From Cenarchaeum sp. (GTDB lineage: Archaea; Thermoproteota; Nitrososphaeria; Nitrososphaerales; Nitrosopumilaceae), in the NCBI GenBank assembly GCA_965206845.1, contig OZ242221.1, positions 1,344,001 to 1,408,000 on the forward strand: a stretch of DNA of 64,000 bases, read 5' to 3'. The notes beneath the pieces are model-generated. The model searched no databases. It saw only the letters and a program-made list of their open reading frames with translations, and was not told the origin of the DNA. This document shows, piece after piece, positions 29,100 through 40,127 of this stretch. A program made the position numbers and the translations under genes. The stretch's first letter is position 1. Each line of letters starts with the position of its first letter.

Positions 29100-29849
29100 A
29101 TGTCTGACACAAAAGATGCCGTCATTCGCGTGGGATCACTTGAAGCAGGGTACGCCCAGAGCCACGTGCTCTTTGGGGTCGACTTTGAGGCAAGGGAGAA
29201 GCAGATTACGGTGATAGTGGGGCCAAACGGGTGCGGCAAGAGCACCCTGCTCAAGAGCATATTTGGCCTTACCAACATCTACTCTGGCACCATAACCTAC
29301 AAGAATGAGAGCATTGGGGGCCTTGACCCACATGTCATTGCAAGAAAGAAGATAGCGTACCTGCCGCAGGTGAAGAATGTCTTTACAAACCTTACCGTAA
29401 AGGAGAACCTGGTGATGGCAAGCTACACGTTTGGCTCCAAGGAGTTTGGCGAGCGGCTGCCAGATCTCCTTCGCACGTTTCCCGAGCTTAAAAAACACGA
29501 GCGCTCAAAGGCCGGCGACCTCAGCGGGGGCCAGCGCCAGATGCTTGCAATGGCAATGGCTCTGATAAGACGGCCCGAGGCACTCCTCTTTGACGAGCCC
29601 ACTGCCAGCCTGTCGCCAAAGCTTGCAGCCGAGGTGCTTGACCGGATAAAACTTGTGCGAAAAGAGTACGAAATTACCATCATTCTGGTGGAGCAGAACA
29701 TCAAGCAGGCGCTAAATATAGGCGATATCGTGTACCTTCTGGCAAACGGTAAGAACATATACAACGGCAAGGCGTTGGATCTGCTGGCAAACAAGGATCT
29801 GGGCAGGATGTATCTGGGAACCCATACAAAGACCGATGAAGACGACTGA
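29100..29849 (+). CDS. livF: BCAA ABC transporter ATPase
   Basis: GPNGCGKST, LSGGQRQM, FDEPT and LVEQN motifs. Confidence 0.9.
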   Translation: MSDTKDAVIRVGSLEAGYAQSHVLFGVDFEAREKQITVIVGPNGCGKSTLLKSIFGLTNIYSGTITYKNESIGGLDPHVIARKKIAYLPQVKNVFTNLTVKENLVMASYTFGSKEFGERLPDLLRTFPELKKHERSKAGDLSGGQRQMLAMAMALIRRPEALLFDEPTASLSPKLAAEVLDRIKLVRKEYEITIILVEQNIKQALNIGDIVYLLANGKNIYNGKALDLLANKDLGRMYLGTHTKTDEDD

Positions 29850-30040
29850 GCTGTGACAAGCGGGCCGCTGTTCTGTCTTGATCCCGGGTATGGGGCTGGC
29901 AGCCGCTGCGCGCCTGCGCAACCGGGTATCTTGCGACACGAGGCAGCTGGTGCCACGAGGCCGCCTTGCATGCGGCGCCCTGCGCAGCCGCGGGCCGCCG
30001 TCAAGGTTTATTGCCAACGCGCCACACCATACGTAGGGGT

Positions 30041-30574
30041 ATGGTACGAGCTATAGTTCTGGTGGGCTTTGCGGTTCCTGCGATAATCGCATCCCTCCTT
30101 GCCGTCTCGCTGGTCTCGCAGCCGGACATACCGTTCTCCGCTGCAAACCCCCGGGATTCCATCAGCATCGAGTACACAAAGCACCAGGTGATCGTAGTCT
30201 CGCACGGCGTCACCGAGAGGGCAGGCGCCCAGAAGACCGAGATACTGGAGATCCAAAGCGACGGGAACGCAAGATACTATTTGGTCGAAGACGGCGCGTC
30301 TGCGCCAAGCGTGCGCGGGAGCCTGGACGAGGCCCAGCTGCAGAGGCTCAAGGCGGTAATCAAGGAGACCGGGTTTATCGCCGTTCCGCCCGAGTCGTTT
30401 CCCGTGATGGACGGGATCGACCGGTACCAAAAGTCGTCCGTCAAGGTTACGCTAAACGGCGTCACAACCGAGGTGCGCTGGCCCGAGCAGAACGCCACAT
30501 CCAAGTTCATTCCGCCCATCATCGCCATGATCGAGGCGGAGCTGGACAGCGTGATCAACGAAATCCGTAAATAA
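30041..30574 (+). CDS. membrane-anchored hypothetical protein
   Basis: N-terminal TM segment followed by a globular domain. Confidence 0.7.
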   Translation: MVRAIVLVGFAVPAIIASLLAVSLVSQPDIPFSAANPRDSISIEYTKHQVIVVSHGVTERAGAQKTEILEIQSDGNARYYLVEDGASAPSVRGSLDEAQLQRLKAVIKETGFIAVPPESFPVMDGIDRYQKSSVKVTLNGVTTEVRWPEQNATSKFIPPIIAMIEAELDSVINEIRK

Positions 30575-30604
30575 ATACAAATAGCGAGTGCGCGGTACGG
30601 TGGT

Positions 30605-31561
30605 ATGATACCTCTTTCAGGAGACCGCCGTAAAGCGAGCGGGATGACCGAGTCTGGCGGGTCGGCGCGGGGCACATCGACCCTCAAGCGCGGCTTTGCC
30701 CACATGCTCAAGGGCGGCGTGGTGATGGATGTCACCACAGCCGCGCAGGCCCGGATTGCAGAGGAGGCAGGCGCGGTGTCTGTGATGGTTCTAGACAAGC
30801 TGCCGTCTGATGTGAGGGCGGCAGGCGGCGTGGCAAGGACCGCCAGTGTCAGGATCATTCAGGAGATTATGGATGCGGTGACGATTCCCGTCATGGCAAA
30901 GTGCAGGATAGGGCACGTCTACGAGGCGCGTGTCTTGTATGATGCGGACGTGGACATGATCGACGAGTCCGAGGTGCTGACACCTGCAGACGAGCGCCAC
31001 CACATATGGAAGTGGGACTTTACCACGCCCTTTGTCAACGGGGCGCGCTCGCTGGCAGAGGCGCTACGGCGGGTCGAGGAGGGGGCCGCCATGATAAGGA
31101 CAAAGGGGGAGCCTGGCACCGGCAACGTGGCAGAGGCCATCACGCACATCAAGCGGGTCAACGATGAGATGCGCATGATAAAGTCCGTGTATGACGCAGG
31201 CGACTTGCAGGATCTGATCCGCATATCCCGGGAGTTTCGCGTGTCCTACGATCTGGTCGAGGAGACGGCACGCCTGGGCAGGCTGCCGGTAGTGAACTTT
31301 GCAGCCGGCGGAATTGCGACGCCGGCAGACGCGGCATACCTGATGTCCTTGGGCTGCGACGGCATATTCGTGGGCTCGGGGATATTCAAGGCCGCAGATG
31401 CCATGGAGAGGGCGCAGGCGGTCGTGCTTGCGACCACATTCTGGCAGGACGCTGGCAGGGTGAGGGCGGCCCAGGAGATGATCGACGAGAGGCAGTCTAT
31501 GCTGGGGCTAGACGTAAACACGCTGGATCTTAGGATGCAGGAGCGGGGCGGTTCGGCATGA
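30605..31561 (+). CDS. pdxS: pyridoxal 5'-phosphate synthase, lyase subunit
   Basis: [20 protein letters not shown] and [13 protein letters not shown] motifs. Confidence 0.97.
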   Translation: MIPLSGDRRKASGMTESGGSARGTSTLKRGFAHMLKGGVVMDVTTAAQARIAEEAGAVSVMVLDKLPSDVRAAGGVARTASVRIIQEIMDAVTIPVMAKCRIGHVYEARVLYDADVDMIDESEVLTPADERHHIWKWDFTTPFVNGARSLAEALRRVEEGAAMIRTKGEPGTGNVAEAITHIKRVNDEMRMIKSVYDAGDLQDLIRISREFRVSYDLVEETARLGRLPVVNFAAGGIATPADAAYLMSLGCDGIFVGSGIFKAADAMERAQAVVLATTFWQDAGRVRAAQEMIDERQSMLGLDVNTLDLRMQERGGSA

Positions 31562-32172
31562 GCAGGATTACCGTGGGCGTCCTGGGACTTCAGGGAGACG
31601 TTGCAGAGAATGTGTCGTCCATCCGACAGGCGCTAGACGACGCCGGACGGGCCGGCAATGTCATCCCGGTGAAGACATCACAGGATGTTGTGCGCATCGA
31701 CGGGCTTGTAATTCCCGGCGGCGAGAGCACCACCATCGGCCGGATGTCGATGCTTGGGGGCATGCTGGAGTCGGTCAGGGACAGGATCCTGTCCGGAGTG
31801 CCCGTGTTTGGCATCTGTGCGGGAATGGTCCTGCTCTCAAAGAACACCCGGGACTTGGTGGTCGGGGAGACGAACCAGGCGCTTCTGGGAATACTTGATG
31901 TGGACGTGGAGCGCAACTCCTTTGGAAGGCAGCGGCAGTCCTTTGAGAGGCAGGTGGATATGACCACTGCCGGAATCCCGAGCTTTACCGGCGTCTTCAT
32001 CCGGGCGCCCTCCGTCGTCAGGGCCGGCCCCACGGTTGCGATCCTGGCAGAGCTGGACGGCCGCACGGTTGCCGTAAAACAGGAGAACATGCTGGCCACT
32101 GCGTTTCATCCCGAGCTGACAGCTGACGTGGCCCTTCACAGGTACTTTGTCGACATGATTCCAGCTGTCTAG
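31558..32172 (+). CDS. pdxT: PLP synthase glutaminase subunit
   Basis: LQGD, PGGESTT, GICAG and FHPEL motifs. Confidence 0.96.
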   Translation: MSRITVGVLGLQGDVAENVSSIRQALDDAGRAGNVIPVKTSQDVVRIDGLVIPGGESTTIGRMSMLGGMLESVRDRILSGVPVFGICAGMVLLSKNTRDLVVGETNQALLGILDVDVERNSFGRQRQSFERQVDMTTAGIPSFTGVFIRAPSVVRAGPTVAILAELDGRTVAVKQENMLATAFHPELTADVALHRYFVDMIPAV

Positions 32173-32179
32173 TGTGGCA

Positions 32180-34492
32180 TCAGTCCGGCCCGTCTGTTAT
32201 CCCGTGCATGCTCTCAAGATCCCGCCTGTATGCAGAGAGGCTCTCTGGAACCTTTACCGGTATGGGGTCCTTCAGCGACAGGTTCCTGGACTTTTTCAGG
32301 TTCCAGACCATCGAGTTGAACTCTGTTATCTCCTTTGTGATGTGCCGCATGTCCTCTGAGGATTCCGGGGTGACAAGCCGCTCCCGGTGAATGCTTCCGT
32401 CCGAGTACAGCGCCTGCCAGAGGTACTCGGTGATAAACGGCGTGATGGGCGCCAGGAGCTTGAGGATCGTAGACATCACCCTGTGCAGCGTGTACACCGC
32501 GGCATCCCTCTCCTCTGCGGAGAACCCGTTCCCGTATGCCCTTGCCTTTACCATCTCTATGTACTGCGCGGCAAACACGTTCCGGGCAAACTCCCGAACC
32601 GCGGTGGCAGGCACAAAAAAGTTGTACTCGTCGTACCCCTTTTTGCACTCCCCCACGACCCGGTCAAGCTCCGCGAGTATCCACCGGTCTGATGCGGCGG
32701 GGACGGCCGACTCGACCAAAGGGAAGCCGGACAGGAATCTGGCTATATTCCAGAGCTTGCTCAGAAACTTTCTTGTCGTCTCGATCTTCTGCTCGTTGCA
32801 CCTAAAGTCGTACCCGTGGTTCACCTCACTGGCGCTCCAGAACCGGAAGGTGTCGGCGCCGAGCCTCTCGATCACCGGCAGGGGGTCTATGGCGTTTCCC
32901 TTGCTCTTGCTCATCTTCATCCCCCTCTCGTCAAGGCCGTACCCCATTATCCATGCCTCGGACCAGGGCTTCTGGCCTGTGAGCATGTTGCACTTTAGCA
33001 TGGTGTAGTGCAGCCATGTCCGGACTATGTCCTTTGCCTGCGGCCTCAGGGCGGCGGGATACGTCTTTTTGAAAAAGTCCTCGTCCCTGCCGAACTTGGA
33101 GACGAACAGCGGCGACGCGCTGGAGTCCATCCAGGTGTCAAAGGTCCTCTGCTCGCCCTCAAACTCCTTGCCCCCGCACTTCTGGCACCGGCTGATTGGC
33201 GCGTCATCCTTCCATGGCTGGTAGTACCGTCCGGGCTCTGGCACGTGGGGCGCGCGGCATTCCTGGCAGTACCATATGGGAATCTCCGTCCCGTAGTATC
33301 TCCTGCGGGAGATGGGCCAGTCTATGGATATGGACGCAAGCCAGTTGAGCAGTATCTGCTTGTGCATGGGGGGATGAAACCGGATCTCTTCGGCAAGCTC
33401 CCTCATCCTGTCCACCTCGTCGACCTGCTTTAGGTAGTACTCGTCCATGGGGATTATCTCGATTGGCACCTTGCTCCTCTCGGAGACCGGCGTCCTGTGG
33501 GTGATCCTCTCTACCCTGTCTGTGTGTCCGCCGCTCTCCAGATCCTGGATTATCTTGGCCCGCGCCTGCTTTGGCCTCAGGCCCGCATACGTCCCGGCAG
33601 CGCCGGTCATCCTGCCGTCCATTCCTATGGCCACCACCTCCTTGAGTTTCAGCTCCCTGAACAGCGCCACGTCGTTGTGGTCTCCATAGCTGCAGATCAT
33701 CACCGCCCCGGAACCAAAGTCTGTCTGCGCCGAGGGATGGGCTATGATCTCCACCTCGTTTCCAAAGATGGGCACCCTTACCTTGCTGCCTATCATGCCT
33801 GTGTATCTTGCGTCATTGGGGTTTACGATTACGGCCCGGCAGGCGCACAGAAGCTCGGGCCTGGTGCTTGCTATGACGATGCCTGCGCCAAACCTCATGT
33901 ACACCAGGTCTGCCGGCAGATCTTCGTAGAGTATCTCGGCGTCGGCAATGGTGGTTCCCGACACCCAGTCATAGTTGTTGGGTCTCGTGGCAAGGTATAC
34001 CTTGCCCTTCCGCCACAGCTCGATGAACGTCGCCTGCGTCAGGGCCCTGTACTCCTCCGAGTCCGTCCTGTAGTGCTCGTCTATCAGCCCGCTGATCCCC
34101 AGCTCCTTCATAATCTGGATCATCTCCGCCTCGAGGTCATCTAGCGCCTCCCTGCACAGCTCAAGGAACCTGCCGCGCTCAGTCTCCCTCATTCTTATGT
34201 TGTGCTTCTTCTCGGTGTACATCTCCACGGGGAGGCCGTTCCGGTCTATTCCTATGGGAAAGTAGACGTTCCTTCCGGCCATGCGGGCCGTCCGGGCGAT
34301 CATGTCTATCTGGGCGTAGTGGGCGGCGGCTCCGATGTGCCACGGCCGTCCCGAGGGGTATGGTGGCGGCGTATCTATGGTGTAGTTCTCGTCCTTCAGC
34401 TCGAACCTGTAGATGTCTGTCTCCTCCCATCTCCGGCGCACCTGGGCCTCCAGCTCCGGATTCCATGCCTTCTCCTCGACTCTGGGCTTCAT
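32180..34492 (-). CDS. valS: valyl-tRNA synthetase
   Basis: IDTPPPYPSG, HIG, DWPISR and KMSKS motifs. Confidence 0.95.
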   Translation of the reverse strand: MKPRVEEKAWNPELEAQVRRRWEETDIYRFELKDENYTIDTPPPYPSGRPWHIGAAAHYAQIDMIARTARMAGRNVYFPIGIDRNGLPVEMYTEKKHNIRMRETERGRFLELCREALDDLEAEMIQIMKELGISGLIDEHYRTDSEEYRALTQATFIELWRKGKVYLATRPNNYDWVSGTTIADAEILYEDLPADLVYMRFGAGIVIASTRPELLCACRAVIVNPNDARYTGMIGSKVRVPIFGNEVEIIAHPSAQTDFGSGAVMICSYGDHNDVALFRELKLKEVVAIGMDGRMTGAAGTYAGLRPKQARAKIIQDLESGGHTDRVERITHRTPVSERSKVPIEIIPMDEYYLKQVDEVDRMRELAEEIRFHPPMHKQILLNWLASISIDWPISRRRYYGTEIPIWYCQECRAPHVPEPGRYYQPWKDDAPISRCQKCGGKEFEGEQRTFDTWMDSSASPLFVSKFGRDEDFFKKTYPAALRPQAKDIVRTWLHYTMLKCNMLTGQKPWSEAWIMGYGLDERGMKMSKSKGNAIDPLPVIERLGADTFRFWSASEVNHGYDFRCNEQKIETTRKFLSKLWNIARFLSGFPLVESAVPAASDRWILAELDRVVGECKKGYDEYNFFVPATAVREFARNVFAAQYIEMVKARAYGNGFSAEERDAAVYTLHRVMSTILKLLAPITPFITEYLWQALYSDGSIHRERLVTPESSEDMRHITKEITEFNSMVWNLKKSRNLSLKDPIPVKVPESLSAYRRDLESMHGITDGPD

Positions 34493-35307
34493 TACTTCTC
34501 TGCCAGGCTGGATATGATGTGCGAGCCCTTGTTGTACCCCTCGTAGATGTAGACCCCTATGGCCTCCACGTTGGGCGGAAACCTGGGAGCCAGGAGGCGT
34601 ATCATCTCGGTAGCCAGATTCTCGACTGTGGCCTCGCCCTTGAGAAGGTACGTGGTGTCCTGCGGCACCTGCAGGTCAAAGACGCCCCTGGGTCCCTCAA
34701 AGGAGACCCTGCACTGTGCGCCGTCCCCGCCTACGAGGTACCTCTTGTTGATGAAGAACTTGTGATCAAACGTTGCGATGACCTCCTTTATGATCCTCTT
34801 TGCCTCGCCAAAGTCGATGAGTAGGTTGTCCTTCATCTGGCCTGCCAGCTCCACCATCACCAGCGAGGTGTGGCCGTGCAGGATGGAGCACTTTTCCACT
34901 AGGGGCAGTATGTGTGCATAATCAAACGTAAACGATTCGCTCTCGATGAAGATGGAGCCTGTCTGGGGGTCGGCCTGATCATAAAATACGACGTCCTGCA
35001 GGTCTTTTATGCGGGCCGCGTACTTGGGGTGCCCTATGGCCATGATTCGGGTCTCTGGCATGTCGGCCTTGATCCTCCTGTACTTTTCAACGTCGGCCTC
35101 GCTGTCGACCACCTCGATGAATCCCACATTCGTCCTAAAGTCGGCTCGCACCTCCTGGCCCGCCTTCACGGGGCAGTCGTACTCGTAGTCCTTTCCGAGA
35201 AAGGAGAGCATCCTGGCAATGGACAGCTCCGTTCTGCTCTTCAGCAGGTTTCCCTTCTGGTCGACAAACCTATAGTCCGAGTCAAGAACGGCCGGAGTGG
35301 ACTTCAT
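34492..35307 (-). CDS. 6-pyruvoyl-tetrahydropterin synthase/QueD with N-terminal nuclease-like domain
   Basis: FDYAH...CSILHGH...DFG...FDHKF...TVEN in the C-half; KSRTE...YEY...ADF...FIEV in the N-half. Confidence 0.85.
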   Translation of the reverse strand: MKSTPAVLDSDYRFVDQKGNLLKSRTELSIARMLSFLGKDYEYDCPVKAGQEVRADFRTNVGFIEVVDSEADVEKYRRIKADMPETRIMAIGHPKYAARIKDLQDVVFYDQADPQTGSIFIESESFTFDYAHILPLVEKCSILHGHTSLVMVELAGQMKDNLLIDFGEAKRIIKEVIATFDHKFFINKRYLVGGDGAQCRVSFEGPRGVFDLQVPQDTTYLLKGEATVENLATEMIRLLAPRFPPNVEAIGVYIYEGYNKGSHIISSLAEK

Positions 35308-35388
35308 ACTGTACAGGATGGCCGGTTGTACCGCAAATATACGTTCTGAAGCAGCAGGCTGCATGCGGCCGGTTCCTGCAGGGAATGA

Positions 35389-35463
35389 AGGGCTCGGAGG
35401 GCTTCGATCCCTCGACCTAGCGGTCCGGAACCGCTCGCACTATCCATGCTGTGCCACGAGTCC
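35389..35463 (-). tRNA. tRNA-Arg(CCG)
   Basis: GGACTCG...AGCGG-TTCCGGA-CCGCT...GGATCGAAGCC...CGAGCCC. Confidence 0.92.
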
Positions 35464-35610
35464 GTTCAGGCTGCTGCGTTCCGGACATAAAAACCACAGC
35501 CTGGCATCCGACCGGTGGGAATGGCTGCCCGGGGAAGGATTGCAAACCCGCTAGATGCCTGCCACATCTTGGCAAACCGGACGCAGGCAACAGTGCATGT
35601 TATCTGGTCT

Positions 35611-36942
35611 TTATGACACGTCCGTATAGTAAAATCCGGAACCGAAGATATATCCGTCGTACAGGCGCAGGTATGCACGTTTGGACTCCTCACCTCCAGA
35701 TTCGGGGTTCGTGACCGTGTACTCCACCCAGGCGTTCCCGTCTCTCCGCAGATCGTCTATGATCTCCCTATACGGCCTGTCTGCCTGCTCTCTCAGGACA
35801 GTGGCCTCGATCTCAGTCTGTCCCGGATATGCGCTGTGCACTAGAACCCTGCCCGTAACAGAATCCAGGACAAACGGGTAATGGGGTTCGGTGCCCACAT
35901 ACAGCCCGTTGATGCTGTCAAATGCACCCTCCTCTTCAAGTTCATACAGGCGGACGGCCTCCTCGACCACATGCCTGGATCTGTCCTGAACCGGGTGGTA
36001 GTATCCGGAACCAAAGATGTATCCGTCGTGCATGGTTAACCAGGAGCGTTTCTGGTTTACCTGCTCTGTTGCTAGGTTTGTAAATGAGATATACGTCCAG
36101 ACACTGTTACCTTCCTGCAGATCGGTTATGATCCTTTCGGGCAGCTCGTTTATACGATCAACGGGGGCTGACCCCACGACCCCGACCCAGTCCGGGGCCG
36201 CGCTGTCTGTTACAACCTTCATGGTGGACGCGTCTATGACAAACGTGTAGTGGCGGTTGGGCTCTGCCGACAGCGATCTAATGGCATCAAACGCGTCTTC
36301 GCCCCTCAATTCGTACAGGCGGACGGCCTGTTCAACCTCGTGCTTGATCCTGGACTCGAGCGAGTAGTAGTGCCCGGCGCCAAAGATGTATCCGTCGTGC
36401 AAGGTAAGCCAGGAGCGTTTGAGCTGTTGCGTGCCTGTCTCGGGGTTTAGAAATATGTATTCTACCCAGGTGCCGTTGCTGTTTTGCAGTTCGTCAATAA
36501 TTACATCGTACGGCTTGTCCGCATAGTCTTCCGCAATAATCAGAGATCGTGTTCCAACCCTGTCTAGGACTGCGCCGTGCGCCACGACCGTCTCGGTGTC
36601 AGGATCCAGAACAAACGGATATTGCACAACGGGGTGCTCGGCCAGCGCGTTGATGTTGGCAAACGCATTCTCCTTGTCCGAGTCATACATGCGGACAGTC
36701 TCTTCAACGATGGACTTGGCACTGGCATCCTCGGGACTGGTAATTGACTGCTCTACATAACCAATCGTCTCTGTGGCATCGAGTACCGGATCGTCAGTCT
36801 TGACAACGGTTCCTGCCAGGACTGCGGCTCCAAATACAACTGCTGCAATGGCAACTACGGCTACCGCAGTGACAACCAACACCATTACCTTCGGATTCAT
36901 CCTACTGTTATTTGGTTGTACGCTGCTAAATAATTTTGCCAT
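35611..36942 (-). CDS. membrane-anchored protein with three tandem Cache-like domains
   Basis: N-terminal TM; three ~122-aa repeats (YPFVLD...WVEY...NP...KRSWL..HDGYIFG.G.Y). Confidence 0.82.
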   Translation of the reverse strand: MAKLFSSVQPNNSRMNPKVMVLVVTAVAVVAIAAVVFGAAVLAGTVVKTDDPVLDATETIGYVEQSITSPEDASAKSIVEETVRMYDSDKENAFANINALAEHPVVQYPFVLDPDTETVVAHGAVLDRVGTRSLIIAEDYADKPYDVIIDELQNSNGTWVEYIFLNPETGTQQLKRSWLTLHDGYIFGAGHYYSLESRIKHEVEQAVRLYELRGEDAFDAIRSLSAEPNRHYTFVIDASTMKVVTDSAAPDWVGVVGSAPVDRINELPERIITDLQEGNSVWTYISFTNLATEQVNQKRSWLTMHDGYIFGSGYYHPVQDRSRHVVEEAVRLYELEEEGAFDSINGLYVGTEPHYPFVLDSVTGRVLVHSAYPGQTEIEATVLREQADRPYREIIDDLRRDGNAWVEYTVTNPESGGEESKRAYLRLYDGYIFGSGFYYTDVS

Positions 36943-37397
36943 GTCGTCGACTCTTCTTGTGTGAAAATTGTGTTCGCTAGCAGCTGGAGCCTACATCCAC
37001 CCGTTTTGGGTCTTTTTCCTGATCGCTTCTGCTGCCTTTTTGGCGAAAAGCGCCTTGAGCGGGTCTCATAGTTGTCGATGTCCAACGAAAAGTGTAGTCT
37101 TCTCTCGCTGTAGTACTCAGCATAACTGGACGGGCTCTCGTAGTGAAAGATCTCCTCCATGCCTCTGTGGAGCCGTTTCGGCTTGCCGCCTGTCTGCGGG
37201 CGGTGCGGCCCGGAATTGATCAGTCCGGCGTGCCTGCCTGTGAACCTGCTCCCAAACGTGGCCGGTTGCCATCGTCAAGAAGCGTCATCAAACTGAGTCA
37301 TTTGAGGGCGTATCCTTCACCATGAGCCAGTCCGTATGCCCGCGGGGTCAGAGTGCCCCATCTCGTGGCGTATCTACTATGTGTTCTGCTCGCGCCG

Positions 37398-37676
37398 CTA
37401 GCGGAGCGAGTTTAAGATCGCGGCAAGATCCACATCGTTCTGCGTGATGCCGCCGGCATCGTGGGTCATCAGGTCAACTGACAGCCTGTTGTAGACGTTG
37501 AACCACTCCGGATGGTGGTTCATCTTCTCTATCTCCATGGCGGCCCTGGCCATGAAACCAAAGGCCTCGTTGAACGACGCAAACTCGAAATCCCTGTGAA
37601 GCTTTCCATCGGATACGGACCAGCCGGGAAGCCCCAAGAGTGCGGCATCGATCTGATCCTGCGTAAGCCTCTCCAT
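37398..37676 (-). CDS. pterin-4a-carbinolamine dehydratase
   Basis: [12 protein letters not shown] and THDAGG motifs. Confidence 0.93.
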   Translation of the reverse strand: MERLTQDQIDAALLGLPGWSVSDGKLHRDFEFASFNEAFGFMARAAMEIEKMNHHPEWFNVYNRLSVDLMTHDAGGITQNDVDLAAILNSLR

Positions 37677-37732
37677 ACGTAGTGTCACACGCCCTGCTAA
37701 ATTAATATTTTGCAGGCCCGTCACCCACTCTG

Positions 37733-38488
37733 ATGGAGCCAAGGCACAGGGAACTGCTCGAGGAGATGACGCGCGCGATAGGGGGAGCCGTGGCAGGGGG
37801 GAGAGTCGGCATCGCGTTCTCCGGCGGTGTGGACAGCACCCTGATGGCCAAGATCTGCGCCGACCTGGGATACGGCGTGACGCTGCTCACCATAGGGTTT
37901 GCAGGCTCCCACGACGTGGGGTTTGCCCGGGAGGTAAACCGGCATCTGGGGTTGCCCCACCACACCCTTGAGATACCCCCGGAGTCCTTTGGCCGCGTGT
38001 CTGCAGACATACGGGAGATGGTGGGCGGCTGCAGCCTCTCCTGGATCGAGAACTGCATCGCATTTCACTACGTCTCCGAGCTGGCCCGGACCCTGGACAT
38101 ATCGGTGGTGGTTACTGCCAACGGGATCGACGAGCTCTTCTGCGGGTACAACGCGTACCGCGAGACGATGGCCGAAGGCGAACAGGCGGTGCTGCGCATG
38201 ATGGATACCAAGATCGCAAACGAGGTAAGAATGATGGAGGTGGTGAACGCGGTATCTGCCCGGAACAGCACCAGAATCGTGCAGCCCCTGCTGTCTGCGG
38301 ACTTTGTGGGATACGCCAGAGAGATTCCAATAAAATACAAGATCACGGGCAGCGACGATCTGATGCGCAAGCACATCGTCCGCGAGCTGGCACAAAGTGT
38401 GGGAGTGCCGGAGCTCTCCGCAAAAAAGAGAAAGAAGGCGCTCCAGTACGGCTCTGCAATCCACAAGGCGCTGATAAAGTCTATGTGA
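37733..38488 (+). CDS. asparagine-synthase C-terminal-domain (PP-loop) protein
   Basis: [18 protein letters not shown] and KKALQYGS motifs; no glutaminase domain. Confidence 0.85.
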   Translation: MEPRHRELLEEMTRAIGGAVAGGRVGIAFSGGVDSTLMAKICADLGYGVTLLTIGFAGSHDVGFAREVNRHLGLPHHTLEIPPESFGRVSADIREMVGGCSLSWIENCIAFHYVSELARTLDISVVVTANGIDELFCGYNAYRETMAEGEQAVLRMMDTKIANEVRMMEVVNAVSARNSTRIVQPLLSADFVGYAREIPIKYKITGSDDLMRKHIVRELAQSVGVPELSAKKRKKALQYGSAIHKALIKSM

Positions 38489-39842
38489 ACCTTTTTGCCG
38501 TCTTGCGCACGGACCTGCACACAGAGCCGATTATCGACCTTGACGCGCCAAGGTGCCTCTTCGGGGCGAATATCTTTTTGATCTCGTCCCGGGGCAAGAC
38601 CGAGGAGATGGCAGCATCGGCCGCAACGGCATCGATATAGTCCATGTTGTGCTCCTTTGCATAAAACGCCACCCTCTGGATGTCCCTGTATGCCTGCATC
38701 CGGGGAATGCCCTTCCTGATCATGGCCTCTAGCACGAACTCGGCAAATATCTGACCCCTTGTGGCCGTGAGGTTTTCTAGGATTCTGTCCTCGTTTACCT
38801 GCAGGCCGCCCACTATCTTGATCATGGCCTCCAGCATCTCGTCTAGTATTATGGCGGAGATCGGGATGATGAACCGCTCGTTTGCCGAGTTTGTGAGATC
38901 CCTCTCGTGCCATAGCGGTATGTTCTCAAATGCCACCGACACCTGGCCGCGCAGCAGCCTTGAGAGCGACGAGATCCTCTCGCTCTTGATCGGATTGCGC
39001 TTTACTGGCACGGCGCTGCTTCCCACCTGGCCCTTCCTGAACTGCTCTGATGCCTCTCCTATCTCGGTTCTCTGAAGGTTCCGTATCTCCACTGCGATCT
39101 TCTCCAGGGTCGCTCCCACCAGCGCCGTCTCAAAGACGTACTCGGCATACCTCTCCCTGGGAACCACTTGTGTTGCCACCCTGGCCGGCTGCAGCCCCAG
39201 CCTCTCTGCAACGAGCCTCTGCACGGTTGTGGCCTTTGCGCCCATCAGGGAGCCTGTCCCAACGACTCCCAGCGTTTTGCAGATCAGCATGCGCCCCTTG
39301 GAACCGTCGATTCTCCTCAGGTGCTCTGCCATCTCCTCTGCCCAGTTGGCAAACTTTAAACCAAATGATATGATGCTGGCGTGCTGCCCGTGGGTTCTCC
39401 CCACAGCCGGCAGATCGTTGTGCCTTGTGGCAAGATCCGCCAGCGCCAAGGCAAGCGCCGCGATCTTTGGCTGGATTATGTCCAAGGCGTCTCTCATCTG
39501 CATCGAGTTGCTGGTGTCGACCAGATCGCTGCTTGTCAGGCCAAAGTGTACCCAGGGCCGGCTGTCCTGGCGGCACCCTTCGCCCAGCGCCTGCACCAGT
39601 GCGGCAGTGTCGTGATCGGTTATCTCCTCCAGCTGCTTGACCCGCTCTGCCGTAACGCTTCCGGACTTTGACGCGGCCAGGATGTCCTGTCCGGCGGACT
39701 CGGGGATCATTCCAATCTCGGCCTGGGACGCGGCCGTCGCCCCTTCGATCTCCAGCTGGTAGTCTATCTTGCGCTGCTCCTCAAATATCGCGAGCATCTC
39801 CGGGGTTCCATACCTGCCGGAGTCGATTGGAAGTATTGCCAA
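38481..39842 (-). CDS. purB: adenylosuccinate lyase
   Basis: HFGLTSSD, GRTHGQHA and GSSAVPVKRNP motifs. Confidence 0.96.
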   Translation of the reverse strand: MAILPIDSGRYGTPEMLAIFEEQRKIDYQLEIEGATAASQAEIGMIPESAGQDILAASKSGSVTAERVKQLEEITDHDTAALVQALGEGCRQDSRPWVHFGLTSSDLVDTSNSMQMRDALDIIQPKIAALALALADLATRHNDLPAVGRTHGQHASIISFGLKFANWAEEMAEHLRRIDGSKGRMLICKTLGVVGTGSLMGAKATTVQRLVAERLGLQPARVATQVVPRERYAEYVFETALVGATLEKIAVEIRNLQRTEIGEASEQFRKGQVGSSAVPVKRNPIKSERISSLSRLLRGQVSVAFENIPLWHERDLTNSANERFIIPISAIILDEMLEAMIKIVGGLQVNEDRILENLTATRGQIFAEFVLEAMIRKGIPRMQAYRDIQRVAFYAKEHNMDYIDAVAADAAISSVLPRDEIKKIFAPKRHLGASRSIIGSVCRSVRKTAKRFT

Positions 39843-39883
39843 GCAGTCTGTCTGTGTTTTATTCTAAAATAAGTCTGCTGATT

Positions 39884-40084
39884 CCTGCAGGCGTGCGGGG
39901 CCGGGTCACTCCACATTCGGGCACAGGCCTGTGCGCCTGCCCTGGTTTTCGCACCTAGATCGGTATGGCAAGCGACTCCGTACGGGTCTGCAGCACTAGA
40001 CCGCCTGCCACCTTGGGCCAGGCGTGAAGACCCCTCCGAACGCGCATTCTTGTGCCTGGGCAAGAGTGATCTCATGCCCGCAGG
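39884..40084. repeat. ~200-bp imperfect palindromic intergenic element (best-preserved member of a dispersed family)
   Basis: 39914-39974 is an imperfect inverted repeat of 40002-40062; the ends CCTGCAGGC / GCCCGCAGG pair; shares GCGACTCCGTAC..CTGCAGCACT with 43152-43174. Confidence 0.7.
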
Positions 40085-40127
40085 CCGCTTTATGGTTTAA
40101 ATGTGCACCGCGCGTCTCCAATCTGAA

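Noticed and set aside
36897-37160. 87-aa ORF upstream of the Cache gene
   Set aside because: No recognisable motif, and it overlaps the Cache gene start and likely promoter.
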